Below are positions 21,267-32,324 of a stretch of DNA of 64,000 nt, piece after piece. The notes under the pieces were generated by a model. It had not been told where the DNA came from. It was given only the letters and a program-made list of their open reading frames with translations, and made no database searches. Origin of the DNA: Chloropicon primus (taxonomy: Eukaryota); assembly GCA_023205875.1 (NCBI GenBank), contig CP060769.1:62001-126000 (forward strand), given 5' to 3'. The position numbers and the translations under genes are program-made. Numbering within the stretch: position 1 is the stretch's first letter; each line of letters opens with the position of its first letter.

Positions 21267-21748
21267 GGTGGTGGTGGTGGTGGTGGTGATGGCCACCAAC
21301 TCTTCGACTCCAACAGCAACACGAACAACTGAGGACCACACTCCTCCTCCCTTGGAATACTACGACGTCAGCGGCAGACGGTTTCAAGGCCAAACCCTCG
21401 CGTCCAACAGAATGGGGCAAGTGTCGTCCCCCCCTCCCTCCTTGGTCCCTCTCCGTCCCTCCCTCCTGCCACCCCCAGCAACGACGAACACAAAACCGAA
21501 GAAAAGACGCAAGACAGGCGCAAGGCTTTCGGTTCAGTTTCTTCTCGCAAACGAGGGGCACTCTCGAAGATCACAAGACGATGCTTCCCTACGACTCGCC
21601 CTTGACCTTCACCACGCCACCGTCCTCATCGCGTATCTCGCCCTCCACTCACCTCGTCTCAAAGAACTCTGTTCAGCAGCCAGCCAGGTCAAGCGAGAAA
21701 CCATTCTCCTGTTAGTCTTCCCCCCATGGCGTGCGGTCCTTTTCGTGT

Positions 21749-22156
21749 ACCGAGGCATCCAACGAAAGAGCACGAAACAATGTATCGATACACGAGGCCC
21801 CCTTTACCAAGGCACGACGTCCTCGTCCTCCCTCTCGCCCTCCACTCACCTCAATCGTCCCCCAGGCCCTTGGAGTCCAAGGTGGTCTCTCCGAGGGCCA
21901 GTTCTTTCATTTCAAACCCAATTGTCTTGGGGATCCAGACCCCCTCCATACGAGTGTAACATATGGTACACTCGTGATGAGAGGATGGAGACGACCCCCA
22001 AGAGGGGACTGCCACAGGAAGCGAGCGTTACAGGGCGCCGCGACACGAAGACGACGTGAGTGGAGGGCGAGAGGGAGGACGAGGACGTCGTGCCTTGGTA
22101 ATGGGGGCCTCGTGTATCGATACATCGTTCCGTGCTCTTTCGTTTGATACCTCGGT
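21749..22156. repeat. ~410-bp imperfect palindrome (foldback): ~100-bp arms with a palindromic core
   Basis: 21749-21849 is the near reverse complement of 22056-22156; core acgagtgtaacatatggtacactcgt at 21950-21975. Confidence 0.92.
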
Positions 22157-22305
22157 GGAGGAAAATGACGCACAAAGAACTTCCAGACTAACAGGAGATT
22201 GGTTTCTCGCTTGACTTCGCTTGACCTGGCTCGTTGGCTGGACAGACTCCTTGAGACGACTCACTTTGGGAGCGTGCGTGGAGAGGGGGACGGAGGCATA
22301 CCGCA

Positions 22306-23568
22306 ATGGAGGTCGGAGGTGTACCTTGCGTGGTCCTGACGGTATGTCGCGTGGCAGTCGCTCTCGCGCTGGCGCCCATCGCGAGCATCTTCGCTTCCCT
22401 CGTCCTCGCGTACACCGTGCCGAGGCGATTGGCTGAAAAGCATCCAGGGTGGGGGTGGGCGGCGGTGCCGGTGGGCGGATTGCTCGGCGCGGCGGCCGGA
22501 CTCGCTGCTGTGGGTCCCCTGGGGACTGTCCTGTGGGCGATGTACGGGCCGAGCGCCCCGGAGGAGCCATTCTCCTTCAGAACGTTGAAAGAGGCGAGGA
22601 GGCACGCTATCCCGAGGGAGAGGGAGGTGAGAGCCAACGCGGTCAAAGAGAGGCACGGGCGGGCCTTGGAGTTCACGAACGAGGTGATCTCGGACATGTA
22701 TTGCCACGTCGTTTCGCCGCGTGACCGCCCCTCACGCGGGATTCTCGTGATGCACCACGGCCTGCACTCGCATGGTGGCGCCGCGAGAATGCTTGAGATC
22801 GCCGTGTACTTCTCCCAGAAAGGTTACACCGTGTACTCTTGTGACGCGGTGGGGCATGGGAGGTCTCACGGGAGCTTCGGGACGATCCCTGCGCTGGAGC
22901 AACTGGCCAAGAACTTTGCAGCGGTGGTGGACAGCATCAGGGGGAAGCACCCCCGCCAGCCCATATTCCTCAAAGGAGCGAGTATGGGCGGCCTCATCGT
23001 GCTGTGGTCGACCTTCTTCATGGAAGACGAGACGAGGGAGGAGGGTCTGAAGGGGATCATATCGGTCTGTCCTGCCCTCACGGTCGGTGATGCTGCCAAG
23101 AGCAAGTTCCTGATCGAGTTCTTCAAGTTCCTTCCGGTGCACTTTCTCGCAAACTTTGTGTTTCCGAAGCTGCCGTTGACAAAGGGTCCGAGGGGAGTCA
23201 GCTTCAGCGAGGATCCGGAGCTGAGGAGGCTCGCAGAGGAGGAATCAGACGCGGACCCGATGGAGTACAAAGGGAGACTCAAGTTTGCGACTGCCCTTAC
23301 CTTCACCCTGACTCTGATGGAAGAGCGAGCCAGCGCGTACTTGGTGAAACTTCTGCAGACGGTGGAGACCCCCCTACTGATGCAGCACGGGACTGGGGAC
23401 AAGACGGTAGACGTGGGAGGCTCGAGGACGTTCATCGCGGGGGTGAAGGCGGACAAGAAATCCCTGATAGAATACCAGGGAAAGAGTCACGTCTTGCTGA
23501 GTGAAGATGAAAAGACAAGGGAGAAGTACCTGAGCGACATGTTCACTTTTGTCAACAAGCTGCTGTAA
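22306..23568 (+). CDS. Alpha/beta hydrolase, monoacylglycerol lipase/lysophospholipase family
   Basis: HHGL, GHGRSHG, GASMGG, HGTGD and catalytic His; hydrophobic N-terminus. Confidence 0.9.
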   Translation: MEVGGVPCVVLTVCRVAVALALAPIASIFASLVLAYTVPRRLAEKHPGWGWAAVPVGGLLGAAAGLAAVGPLGTVLWAMYGPSAPEEPFSFRTLKEARRHAIPREREVRANAVKERHGRALEFTNEVISDMYCHVVSPRDRPSRGILVMHHGLHSHGGAARMLEIAVYFSQKGYTVYSCDAVGHGRSHGSFGTIPALEQLAKNFAAVVDSIRGKHPRQPIFLKGASMGGLIVLWSTFFMEDETREEGLKGIISVCPALTVGDAAKSKFLIEFFKFLPVHFLANFVFPKLPLTKGPRGVSFSEDPELRRLAEEESDADPMEYKGRLKFATALTFTLTLMEERASAYLVKLLQTVETPLLMQHGTGDKTVDVGGSRTFIAGVKADKKSLIEYQGKSHVLLSEDEKTREKYLSDMFTFVNKLL

Positions 23569-23574
23569 AATTTT

Positions 23575-25254
23575 TTAAGTTTTGTTGAGTTTTTGGTCAA
23601 TCCACGATATGGTGTTCTCCAAGTAGTCCCTCCTCGTCCCGTCGTCCTCCGTGAGCAAGCTGTGGCATTTCCCGCCGTACTCGATGAAGTCCACAGGTAT
23701 CCTCTGGCTCGACAAAAGGGTTTTGACGATGTGCCTGCTTCCCCTCACATCGACGCACCTGTCCGCGGTGCCGTGCTGCACCAGGAGGGGCGCATCGAGC
23801 TGACTAATCTTGCCGAGGAAGGCGTCTCGCCCGGCAAAGGAAAGCAAGGAGTTCTTAAAGGTCACTGCCGTGGCGAGCTTCATCCAGTCAGTGTAGAGCA
23901 ACCCGTCGCTCTTCTCCTCGGCGATGGCCTTGTCCCTCAGGTCCTCGTCTTCCGGATAGCATATTCCGACCACCCCTTTGTCAACCGGCAGCTTTGGGAA
24001 GCTTTGGGCCATGAATTCGAGGGGAAGGCTGTCCACAATGGCGTCCACCGTCGTCTCCCTCGGCCGATGGATGAGAAAAGCTGGGCAGGTGGCCACCACC
24101 CCCGCCAGCTTGCCCTCCAAGTCCCCCGAGCTCCCCGCGAGAAGGGCCAAGAGACCTCCCATGCTCTCCCCCATCAGGAAGAGAGGGAGGCTGGGAAACT
24201 TTTCGCAGCAGCGGTGCGCCAGGAACGCAAGGTCCTCCGCGAGCTCGTAAAAGCTTGTGATGATGGCGAAATCTCCGTCGCTCTGGCCGTGGCCCAGGGC
24301 ATCGGGGAGGGCAACGGCAAAGCCGGCCTTGGCGAAATAGAGCCCGAGCTCCATGCACGCCGCGGTGCCGCCGTGGCAATGCAAGCCGTGATGAAAGACG
24401 AGGATCCCCCTGAACTCGCTCGGGCTCATTGTCTTTGGGGTCAGAAACCGAACGAACAAGGAATACGCGTCGTACTTGCTCCTCGACGGGTCCCACCGCT
24501 GTCGTTCGAAGACCTCAGACGCGCAGAAGACTCGGTCGGAATTCATGGCCTCCACGAAGAATCGATGCTGGTGAAGAGCCTCCGCCTTGTCGATCCTGTC
24601 CCTGCTCCTCCTCCTCGTCTCCCAGAGGTGGTCGGGAGCTCCCGGGCCATACAGGGCGGTGAGTATGGGGAAGAGCAAGCCCGCCGCGGCGCCAGCGACA
24701 AGTCCCAAGACGGACGAAGAGCACAGCACCAAGGCGAACACCGCGCAGAAGAACAGAATTCTCAGGACCTGCGCCACATGCACCACGGCGACGTGGTTGG
24801 CCTTCCTGGACAGTCCCCGAACGCAGCAGTTGCCCTCGAGGTGGCCCCAGATTCTCCTTCTGTGGGAGAGCAGGAGCGCGGGTGCGAGGGCCAGCCCGGC
24901 GATCGCACCCACGAACGCCGCGAGGGGTCCAACAATCAGGCCAGCTGCCAGCCTCTTCGTGCTCTCCAACGCCGGCGCGACCTTCCCAGCATTATTCCTC
25001 CTCCTGGACTTGCGCACGTATGCCTCCGCTCGCTCCCTCCTCCCTCCCGTCCTCCCCCCGAAGGCCTCCCCCACCTCGAGGAGCTTCTCCTCCTCCGCGG
25101 TGGCGCCCCCCTCCTCCTCCCCCCAACTGAGTCCCGCCTCCTCGTCCTCCTCCTCGTGGAGCAAGTTCTCCCCCAGTTCGAGAATCAGGTCCACGTCGCT
25201 CGCATACTCCGTCCCCTCTCCCCTCCTCGCACCACCACCACCACCGCGACTCAT
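23575..25254 (-). CDS. Alpha/beta hydrolase, monoacylglycerol lipase family; paralog of the neighbouring gene
   Basis: HHGL, GHGQSDG, GESMGG and HGTAD motifs. Confidence 0.9.
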   Translation of the reverse strand: MSRGGGGGARRGEGTEYASDVDLILELGENLLHEEEDEEAGLSWGEEEGGATAEEEKLLEVGEAFGGRTGGRRERAEAYVRKSRRRNNAGKVAPALESTKRLAAGLIVGPLAAFVGAIAGLALAPALLLSHRRRIWGHLEGNCCVRGLSRKANHVAVVHVAQVLRILFFCAVFALVLCSSSVLGLVAGAAAGLLFPILTALYGPGAPDHLWETRRRSRDRIDKAEALHQHRFFVEAMNSDRVFCASEVFERQRWDPSRSKYDAYSLFVRFLTPKTMSPSEFRGILVFHHGLHCHGGTAACMELGLYFAKAGFAVALPDALGHGQSDGDFAIITSFYELAEDLAFLAHRCCEKFPSLPLFLMGESMGGLLALLAGSSGDLEGKLAGVVATCPAFLIHRPRETTVDAIVDSLPLEFMAQSFPKLPVDKGVVGICYPEDEDLRDKAIAEEKSDGLLYTDWMKLATAVTFKNSLLSFAGRDAFLGKISQLDAPLLVQHGTADRCVDVRGSRHIVKTLLSSQRIPVDFIEYGGKCHSLLTEDDGTRRDYLENTISWIDQKLNKT

Positions 25255-25695
25255 CCCTCCACAAACCACTCCACTCCACTCCACACTCCTCTCTCTTCCT
25301 CTCTCTTCCACCCAACACGGGACACGGACACGGGTCGCGTGGCGTGGCGTGGCGTTACGTGAGCAACCACGCGAGCAACCCCGTCGCCCAGGAATCCACA
25401 ACGAACGTCCTCCGCCCCCCTCGAGCCCTCGTCCACCGCCAGCACAGACGTTACGTCGTCTGCTGCTCCATTGAAGTCATCGAAGAAAGAACCAAAATCG
25501 TCATTCACGGGCAAAGGAGGATGCGATGGCGATGGCGCCGTCGGTGTGGTGTGGAAGGCAAGACCAAGCCTGGGCTGGATCAAGTTGATGCTAAACGAAA
25601 CACAATCAAAAGGAAAAGACCTGGGACTCTTTGCATTTCAAACGGTATATTTATATTATATGAAAAGGTTTTAAGAGGTGTTTGTAAAAATATAT

Positions 25696-26316
25696 TTACT
25701 TCTTTCCGCCGCACCAGTCGACCTTGGAGCAAGCCCAGCCAATTCCGGCAAGGGCCAACTTCTCCAAGTAGGACAAGGCCCTGTTGGCCCATCCCTTGAG
25801 GGCGTATCTGCTCTTCCAAGCGGCACCAAGAGCCTTAATGACAGCGTTGTTAAGGTGTCTGGACTCGACATCAGACTGGGACAAGATGACCTCAAGAGCG
25901 GATCCCTCCAAGACGTCCATGGACTCGAGCTGACCGTCCTTCTGGACAACGATCAAATCGTCACAGACGGTGGTGACGGTGGTTCCCTGAACGACAACGG
26001 CGTTGATGGCAGAGTTCACGACGAAGTCGTCAGCCTCGAAGATGAGTCCCTTGGCGCCAACGACGATCTTGCTGGAGAGCTCGGTGTTGACGGTCATGAC
26101 AGACTTTCCGTCCTTGGTGGAGAGGGTTCCGTTGGAAACCTTAACCTCCTTGGAGACCTCGTTGGCGAGGATGGTGACTCCGAAGACGGCGGCCAAGCAG
26201 GCAACAGTCAAGACGGAACCGACAACGACGGCGGCCTTCATGCTCTTGACAGAGCCCTCGACGTTGGACAACTGTCCCTTGAGGCTGGACACGGTGGATC
26301 TTCTCTCGGACTCCAT
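25696..26316 (-). CDS. Hypothetical single-pass membrane protein
   Basis: 206-aa ATG ORF with a short coiled coil and a TM segment; AT-rich flanks. Confidence 0.65.
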   Translation of the reverse strand: MESERRSTVSSLKGQLSNVEGSVKSMKAAVVVGSVLTVACLAAVFGVTILANEVSKEVKVSNGTLSTKDGKSVMTVNTELSSKIVVGAKGLIFEADDFVVNSAINAVVVQGTTVTTVCDDLIVVQKDGQLESMDVLEGSALEVILSQSDVESRHLNNAVIKALGAAWKSRYALKGWANRALSYLEKLALAGIGWACSKVDWCGGKK

Positions 26317-26684
26317 TATGATTTGGTTTGGTTTGGTTTGGTTTTGTGTTTGTACGAGAACGTGTTCGTAAAAGTGAGACCTCCTGGTGGTCGATTTCGC
26401 CTTATATACCTCTGGATAAGAGTCTCACAACATGTTGCCTTTGTTTTATTTTTTATTTTTTCACAAACGAGGAAAACTCTTTCCTCGGTAGGCAGCGTCG
26501 TGGAATTCAGCTTGCACAAAAAATTGCGCATGTATTGGCAGGCCGAGCAGACAAAAGAAATCGTGAAGATTTCAAAGAATTGAGTGACTCCAAGGAAAAA
26601 AAAAGAAGTGTTTGGGTGGTTGGGTCATCCAGTTCGGACCCGTCTTTGGACCCATCACATGAAATCATCATCTGCTGCGTGCGA

Positions 26685-27818
26685 TTACAACTTATCAATG
26701 AAAGCTTCATTTTGTGAGGTTCTGTAATAGTCCCAAAGGATCTCTTCCCAGCATCCTTCGCAGGAGTCCAACAAAGCGACGATCTGCTCGCTGGGTATCT
26801 CAAAACCTATGGAGAATCTGTGAGCGGTCTCGCTCACCACGGTGTGCCACAAGTTTGTTTTACGCCCTGTACTCTTGTCCTTGAACGTGTTTGTAAATAT
26901 TCTAACCGCCCCGTTGAAGTCCGGTACATTCTTCAGCTTGCCGTCGCTCTTGGAAATATATTTGAAGGAGGAGCCTCCGTCAAGGTCAACGCTCAGCAAG
27001 TACATTCGATAGGTGACCTGGCTGTTGTCGCGTTTGTTTGTGTGCCACATGAGGAAGCCCCCAGGTGGCATGTACACAAAGTTTTTGACGTTTCCAATCG
27101 AAAGGGGATGTTCACTTCCATCCCACAGAGTAGGAATGTATCCTAGTTCTCTCAGTGCCTTCCCATACAAGTTTCGAAGAGTTGGTTTTTCTTCATTAGG
27201 CATTTGAAAGCCACGAGCTAGCCCACTCAGTGTAGTCAGTGGACTACTCTTTGATAACAAGTTTTTGTGTGACTTCAAAAAAGTCTTGATGTCTTGCTCT
27301 CTTCCGTCGTAGAGGCACTCTCTGTTTCTCCCCCCGGCCTCGACTCTTGCGTAGAAGTCTTGATCGAAATCCCCTGACATACTCGCGCTGTCTTCGTAGT
27401 AGCTTTGGCAACTCTCGTCAAAGTCTGAAGCGTTGAAACCTTTAATGAGGTGTTTCTTCTTTTGCTTCTCGAAGGCTTTGAACAGAGGGATGAGCGGAGG
27501 AACGTTCTCCACGCTGGTCTCAAAAACGTTTCGGGTCAGGTAAGAGTCGAAAAGCTCCATCTTGGTTCGAGCGGACAAGCCCTTGGTTGTTGTACTTCTG
27601 TGTGTGTCACGTCGTAGCTTCGCCGAACTCTCAGATCTAGTCCAAGCTGTTCCCGTGAGAATGGAGAGAAGCACCACCACCACGAGAAGAGCTGGGACGA
27701 GGGTCTTCTGGAATTCCCATGCCTTATTCAAGGGCGCCGTGAAGGAGTCTGCGCCTTGCTCCCACGTTTCATGGTCTTTCCGTTTCCCTTTCTCACTCAC
27801 ACGAGAATGGCGCAACAT
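26685..27818 (-). CDS. Type II membrane protein with a putative 2OG-Fe(II)/DSBH oxygenase domain
   Basis: TM anchor, then YMPPGGFLMWHTN...SSFKY...LWHTV....RFSIGF. Confidence 0.6.
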   Translation of the reverse strand: MLRHSRVSEKGKRKDHETWEQGADSFTAPLNKAWEFQKTLVPALLVVVVLLSILTGTAWTRSESSAKLRRDTHRSTTTKGLSARTKMELFDSYLTRNVFETSVENVPPLIPLFKAFEKQKKKHLIKGFNASDFDESCQSYYEDSASMSGDFDQDFYARVEAGGRNRECLYDGREQDIKTFLKSHKNLLSKSSPLTTLSGLARGFQMPNEEKPTLRNLYGKALRELGYIPTLWDGSEHPLSIGNVKNFVYMPPGGFLMWHTNKRDNSQVTYRMYLLSVDLDGGSSFKYISKSDGKLKNVPDFNGAVRIFTNTFKDKSTGRKTNLWHTVVSETAHRFSIGFEIPSEQIVALLDSCEGCWEEILWDYYRTSQNEAFIDKL

Positions 27819-27893
27819 GACTCACGGTCGTCTACCACCAGGGACGAGGAGGGAGGTCGAAGCCCGTACCACTGCTCATTTCATCGTTGAAGG

Positions 27894-28814
27894 ATGGCGC
27901 CGTCGGTGTGGACAGCAAGCCCAACGTTGGGTCGGATCAAGACCGAGTCGAGGACCTCGTGGAACCCTTCCAGCAAGCCAAGGCTAGGACGACGGCGATC
28001 GCCGTCGTCCTCCTCCTCCTCGCTCCCCTCGTCCTCGTCCTCGTCCTCCGTTGCGGCGAGGTGCTTTGAGGGGGATGATGTTGTTGTTGGGAAGATGGCC
28101 AGGGGCAGGGGGTTTGAGTACGCGACCTCGCTGGCGGAGAACACGGCGGAGCTGAGGTCGGTGGCGAGCCTGCGCTCGAGGGTATTCAAGGAGGAGTACG
28201 ACAAGGTCATCACCATATCAGAAACGATACCTGCGGAGCAGAGGAGCAGGATTTTGGCCACGGTGGAGTGGGACAGGCTCGAGAGGGCCACGAGGGGAGG
28301 CGGCGCCTTGTGCGTGGCCTCTTGGCTCGGGGACCGGTGCGAGGAGGAAGTGAGGCAGGCCATCCTGCTCGAGACGGATCGGTCGACCATGATGGTCAGC
28401 CGAGGACATGGCGGTGGCGAGGTTTTCCGGCCTCTCCTCGGTTCGCTCGACATCACTTTCGAGAGAGAAGAGGGGGAAGAGGGGCGGAAAGAGATCCCGG
28501 GCGACGTGCTTCGGCAAAAGGACCTCCTCAACCTGAGGGAAAAGTACGGGGGCAGCGCCAAGGTGGGTTACATCTCCAACGTAGGAGTCCTCCCCGCAGC
28601 ACGGGGCGCCGGCGTCGGCGGGTCTCTCCTTCGCTTCGCTGCCAGCAAGGCTCTGGAGAGGAACATTCGTTACGTCTTCGCCCACGCTCACAAAAGGGAG
28701 CTCGACAAGTTGCTCTACTTGAAGCACGGTTACGAGGGCTTGAGCGGTGATGGATCCACGGTGCTGCTGGGCAGAGAGATATCGACGTCGGCGTCGTCAG
28801 CCACAGCACAATAA
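27894..28814 (+). CDS. GNAT acetyltransferase, probably plastid-targeted
   Basis: YISNVGVLPAARGAGVG...LYLKHGY; Ser-rich N-terminus. Confidence 0.85.
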   Translation: MAPSVWTASPTLGRIKTESRTSWNPSSKPRLGRRRSPSSSSSSLPSSSSSSSVAARCFEGDDVVVGKMARGRGFEYATSLAENTAELRSVASLRSRVFKEEYDKVITISETIPAEQRSRILATVEWDRLERATRGGGALCVASWLGDRCEEEVRQAILLETDRSTMMVSRGHGGGEVFRPLLGSLDITFEREEGEEGRKEIPGDVLRQKDLLNLREKYGGSAKVGYISNVGVLPAARGAGVGGSLLRFAASKALERNIRYVFAHAHKRELDKLLYLKHGYEGLSGDGSTVLLGREISTSASSATAQ

Positions 28815-28904
28815 AGGAAAAGTTATGCTATTACTGTTGTTACACAAAACTCTAATAACCAAAGAATAATTTATCGTAGCTGTACACCTAGTTAGTTAGT
28901 CAAC

Positions 28905-31679
28905 TTATACAATCGTGGCAACAAAGCTCTCCAACACGCTGGTGTCTTTCTCCACCACCGGGAGGTCGTTCAGGGTCTCGAGAATTGCGGAGGCATCCGC
29001 CCGCAGCTGACCCCTCCAGTGGTCCCCCCCCGGCTCCAGATCCTTGAAGTGCGAAGTGATGTTCGCGGTGTAGATCTCGCAAATCTGCCCAAAGATGGAC
29101 TCGAGCTCTTCCTCGAGCAGGAAGGAGAGGGCAGATTTCAGGACGTCGAGTTGCTTGCTCACCGCCCTCGCGAATTGGCTCGGCTTGTACTCCACGGAAC
29201 CGTCCTCCGCGGTGCTCCATTGCTCGTCCCACGTCTTGCTCATGCTTGCCAGCACCCCGAGGTTGGCCGAAAGCCTGTCCTGCATGATTTTGACGAGCTT
29301 GGCCTCGAGCCTGCCGTGGTGCTCCCCCAGATCCTTCCCCAGGCTCCTGAACTGGGGGGCCAATATGTTCTTGTGCAAAGGGACGAGCTTGCTCATGAGG
29401 TTTGCCTTCACGAGGGGCAAGACTCTCTTGATGAAGGAGATGGCCTGGGCCGTCGCCGCGAGGTGCTTGGCGGATATGGACTTCAAGCCCGCCTTATCCA
29501 TCGCACCGGCTCCCAAGATCAGGCTGCAGCTCAGAGCATTGTAAATCTTGAAGAGCTCGATCAGCCTGTGCGTGACCTCCGTCGTGAGCTGCGGCACCTT
29601 GTGGGAGTAGGAGATGAGGTCCGACACGGTTTGCACAAACACGACCAGGCTCGGCACCAAGTGAAACTTCCCGCCCTCCAAAACGACGCACTCTATGACG
29701 TCCGACTTCCTCCTGGTCTCCGTTTGAGCCAAGACTGGACTCCCGTCCTCGCCAAACGAAGTCGTCGTCTCGCTGAGCCACCCAACGAGATCCTGAATGT
29801 GCCGGGAGACCGGGGACACCTTCCACTGGTCGTGCTGCAGCGCTGAGACGAGTTTCGTCTTGCAATACTTGTGCAGCACGTCCAGGTAGGACTTGCTCTG
29901 GCTGTTGAGGACGTTCCTCACCACGTTGTAGCGGCTCGCGCCCTTGCTCGTGTCCTCGCCCAACAAGGCCCGCGTGGCCTCAATGAGCTTGAGGTACTCC
30001 TGGAGCTTGTAGGTCTGGTGAGCAGGGTACCGCATGCTGAATATCTTGGCCCAGTACCCCGCAAACGTCTCCTCCAGGAAGTCTGCCATGGACTCAAAGC
30101 CTTGAGAATAGACGAAGAAGGACTCCTTCAGGATCAGTTCCAGAATGCCTCGAACGTCGTTGAGGCTCTGGGAGACCCACTCCCTCACCAACGAGACCAT
30201 CTTCTCCTGCATCCGCAGGAAACTTTCCAGCGGCAACTCCACGAGTTGGTTCCTCAGCAAGTCGCCCCCCTCCCTCGCCTCGGGGCGATCATCCTCGTCG
30301 TTGTCGCCATTCTCATCCTTCTCGGCCGCTTCGCTCCCCAAGGTCCCAGGGTGGCGCCCCGCCTCCGAAGACGCCGTTTCCACGAGGTGCGTCACGACTT
30401 TCGGCATGCTCGTCTTCATGTTGTGCTCCAAGCGCGTGAAATAGACCTTGATGGCATCCCCGAGGCTCCCCGTTCTGTGCAAACTGAGCACCAAGGGGAG
30501 CATCGAGTCCACAAGAGGCCGGTGCCGGGGGCTAGAACCCTGCGCGTCGTCCCTTCCCCCGGTCACTCGCTCCCCGTCCTCCTGCAGGAGAGGTCTGCCT
30601 GCCTTGAGCGCCAGCTTGACAAACCCCTCGTTCATTTCCTCCACCAGCTCAGTCTTCACCTCGGAGATCTTGCTTTCGCTTCCCTTGAAGCAACGCAGGG
30701 CCCTGACCTCACTGTTGGCCTCCAACGCGGTCTGCAGTGTTTTGGTCACGTCAAGAATGCTCGCGTAGTCCCTCGTGGGCAGAAGCATCTGCAAAGTCGA
30801 GTTGGCGTGACAGACCGTGTCCAGGTCGGTCGCCAGCCTCAGCACCGCCTCCAGGGCCTCCTTCTCTTCCTGCAGCCTTTTCATGTTCGCCACGGACGAG
30901 GCCGTGGCCTTCTTGTTCTGGTTGAGGCCCCTCCTCGTGATGCTCACGCTGAGGCAAGCCTGTGACGTGCACCTTTGTAGCTTTTGGATGATATCCATCG
31001 CTTCGAAGAACTGGTGCGCCCTGGCTTGTATCTCCCTCATGAGGTTGATCTCGACGTTGTCGACGTAGTGCGAGAGCTGACCCACCGCCTCCATCCACAC
31101 GGCCTCACCCTCGTCCATCACGGAGGCCTCGTTGTGCCCCGCCGGCCCCCTCAGAGTCTTGTTGTAAGTCTCCGGGTTGGCGAGGTCAAAGGTTTCCTTG
31201 AAGTACATCTCCGGCACGCTTCGCATGCTCTCCACGAGACCTTCGCCCTGCTGCCACGACCTCCTCCTCTCCTCCTTCCCTCCCTCCTTCCCGTTCTCCC
31301 TGGCCCTCGCAAACCGGCTCAAGGCCTCCTCGTTCCTCGCCAGGTACTCGCCAAAGTCACCAGCACTCACCTCGAAAAGGGAAGACACGATTCCATTTCC
31401 GCCCTTCTCAGGCGTCCCGAGGCCGGCCACGGAGCCGCCGGCATAATTGTACAGCTGCCCGATCAAACTGTTCGTGTAAGAGCTCGTGCTGCTGCTCGCC
31501 AGGTACTCGTTCGTTCCCGTTTGCTGCCTGGTGGCGTAAGCATTCACGGTGGCAACCAAAGCCTGTCCCGCAGTGGACAACTCCCTTATCGTCTCCTCGT
31601 CGCAACCTCGCTTCTCCAGAGCGGTCCTCCAGTGTCTGGAGTCACTTGCCCCGCTCGTGGACTCCTCGAAATCATCCAT
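28905..31679 (-). CDS. VPS54: GARP complex subunit Vps54 (start uncertain)
   Basis: VPEMYFKETFDL, LSHYVDNVE, FFEAM and LILGAGAM..AGLKSISAKHLA motifs. Confidence 0.93.
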   Translation of the reverse strand: MDDFEESTSGASDSRHWRTALEKRGCDEETIRELSTAGQALVATVNAYATRQQTGTNEYLASSSTSSYTNSLIGQLYNYAGGSVAGLGTPEKGGNGIVSSLFEVSAGDFGEYLARNEEALSRFARARENGKEGGKEERRRSWQQGEGLVESMRSVPEMYFKETFDLANPETYNKTLRGPAGHNEASVMDEGEAVWMEAVGQLSHYVDNVEINLMREIQARAHQFFEAMDIIQKLQRCTSQACLSVSITRRGLNQNKKATASSVANMKRLQEEKEALEAVLRLATDLDTVCHANSTLQMLLPTRDYASILDVTKTLQTALEANSEVRALRCFKGSESKISEVKTELVEEMNEGFVKLALKAGRPLLQEDGERVTGGRDDAQGSSPRHRPLVDSMLPLVLSLHRTGSLGDAIKVYFTRLEHNMKTSMPKVVTHLVETASSEAGRHPGTLGSEAAEKDENGDNDEDDRPEAREGGDLLRNQLVELPLESFLRMQEKMVSLVREWVSQSLNDVRGILELILKESFFVYSQGFESMADFLEETFAGYWAKIFSMRYPAHQTYKLQEYLKLIEATRALLGEDTSKGASRYNVVRNVLNSQSKSYLDVLHKYCKTKLVSALQHDQWKVSPVSRHIQDLVGWLSETTTSFGEDGSPVLAQTETRRKSDVIECVVLEGGKFHLVPSLVVFVQTVSDLISYSHKVPQLTTEVTHRLIELFKIYNALSCSLILGAGAMDKAGLKSISAKHLAATAQAISFIKRVLPLVKANLMSKLVPLHKNILAPQFRSLGKDLGEHHGRLEAKLVKIMQDRLSANLGVLASMSKTWDEQWSTAEDGSVEYKPSQFARAVSKQLDVLKSALSFLLEEELESIFGQICEIYTANITSHFKDLEPGGDHWRGQLRADASAILETLNDLPVVEKDTSVLESFVATIV

Positions 31680-32324
31680 GTCCCCCGCACTCAGCCCGAG
31701 TTGCCCTTCATTCACCTGCCTCGAGGACAAGAAACACGCAACTCAATCAGTCGTCCCGTCCCTCATACTCCGCCATTCCTTTCGAAAAAGGGGTCCACGG
31801 AAAGATCACCTCCTGATCTTTCCGTTATCGTTCCCAAACACCGTCGAAATACCCCACGACGTCGACAAACGATCGATGACTTACCCTCCTCGTCCTCCTC
31901 CTCCCTCTCTCTCGAAAACCTTTGAAATGGAGGAGAGCTTCACTTCGTCGGGGGGAAGAGGTTTCTCGTAACGTTTTTCGAGGAGGGGGGCAAAGAGCGG
32001 CGCGCTAATCGCGGGAAGGAGTCGAGGAAGGGGTGGATGGCCGTGTCAGGCGAAAGAGGGTGTCGAGATCTTTCGATTGGTACCGAGCTCGACGGGTTTG
32101 ACGCCGATTTCGTGGGACGAAAGCCGGAGTGAAAGGGAGATCATCTCCACACACGAGGCGAGAGGGGAGGGAGGCAGCGAGGAAGCTGGCGGCCGGAGGG
32201 GTAGCGAAGGGGGCTGAAGTGAGGAACACGGGGCGGGGATCGCTCTTCACGAGGGCTCGACCGATTTTCGCGAGCCCGAGTGTGACACTACTCGAGAAGC
32301 AGGGTTCTGGTTAGGCACATCGTG

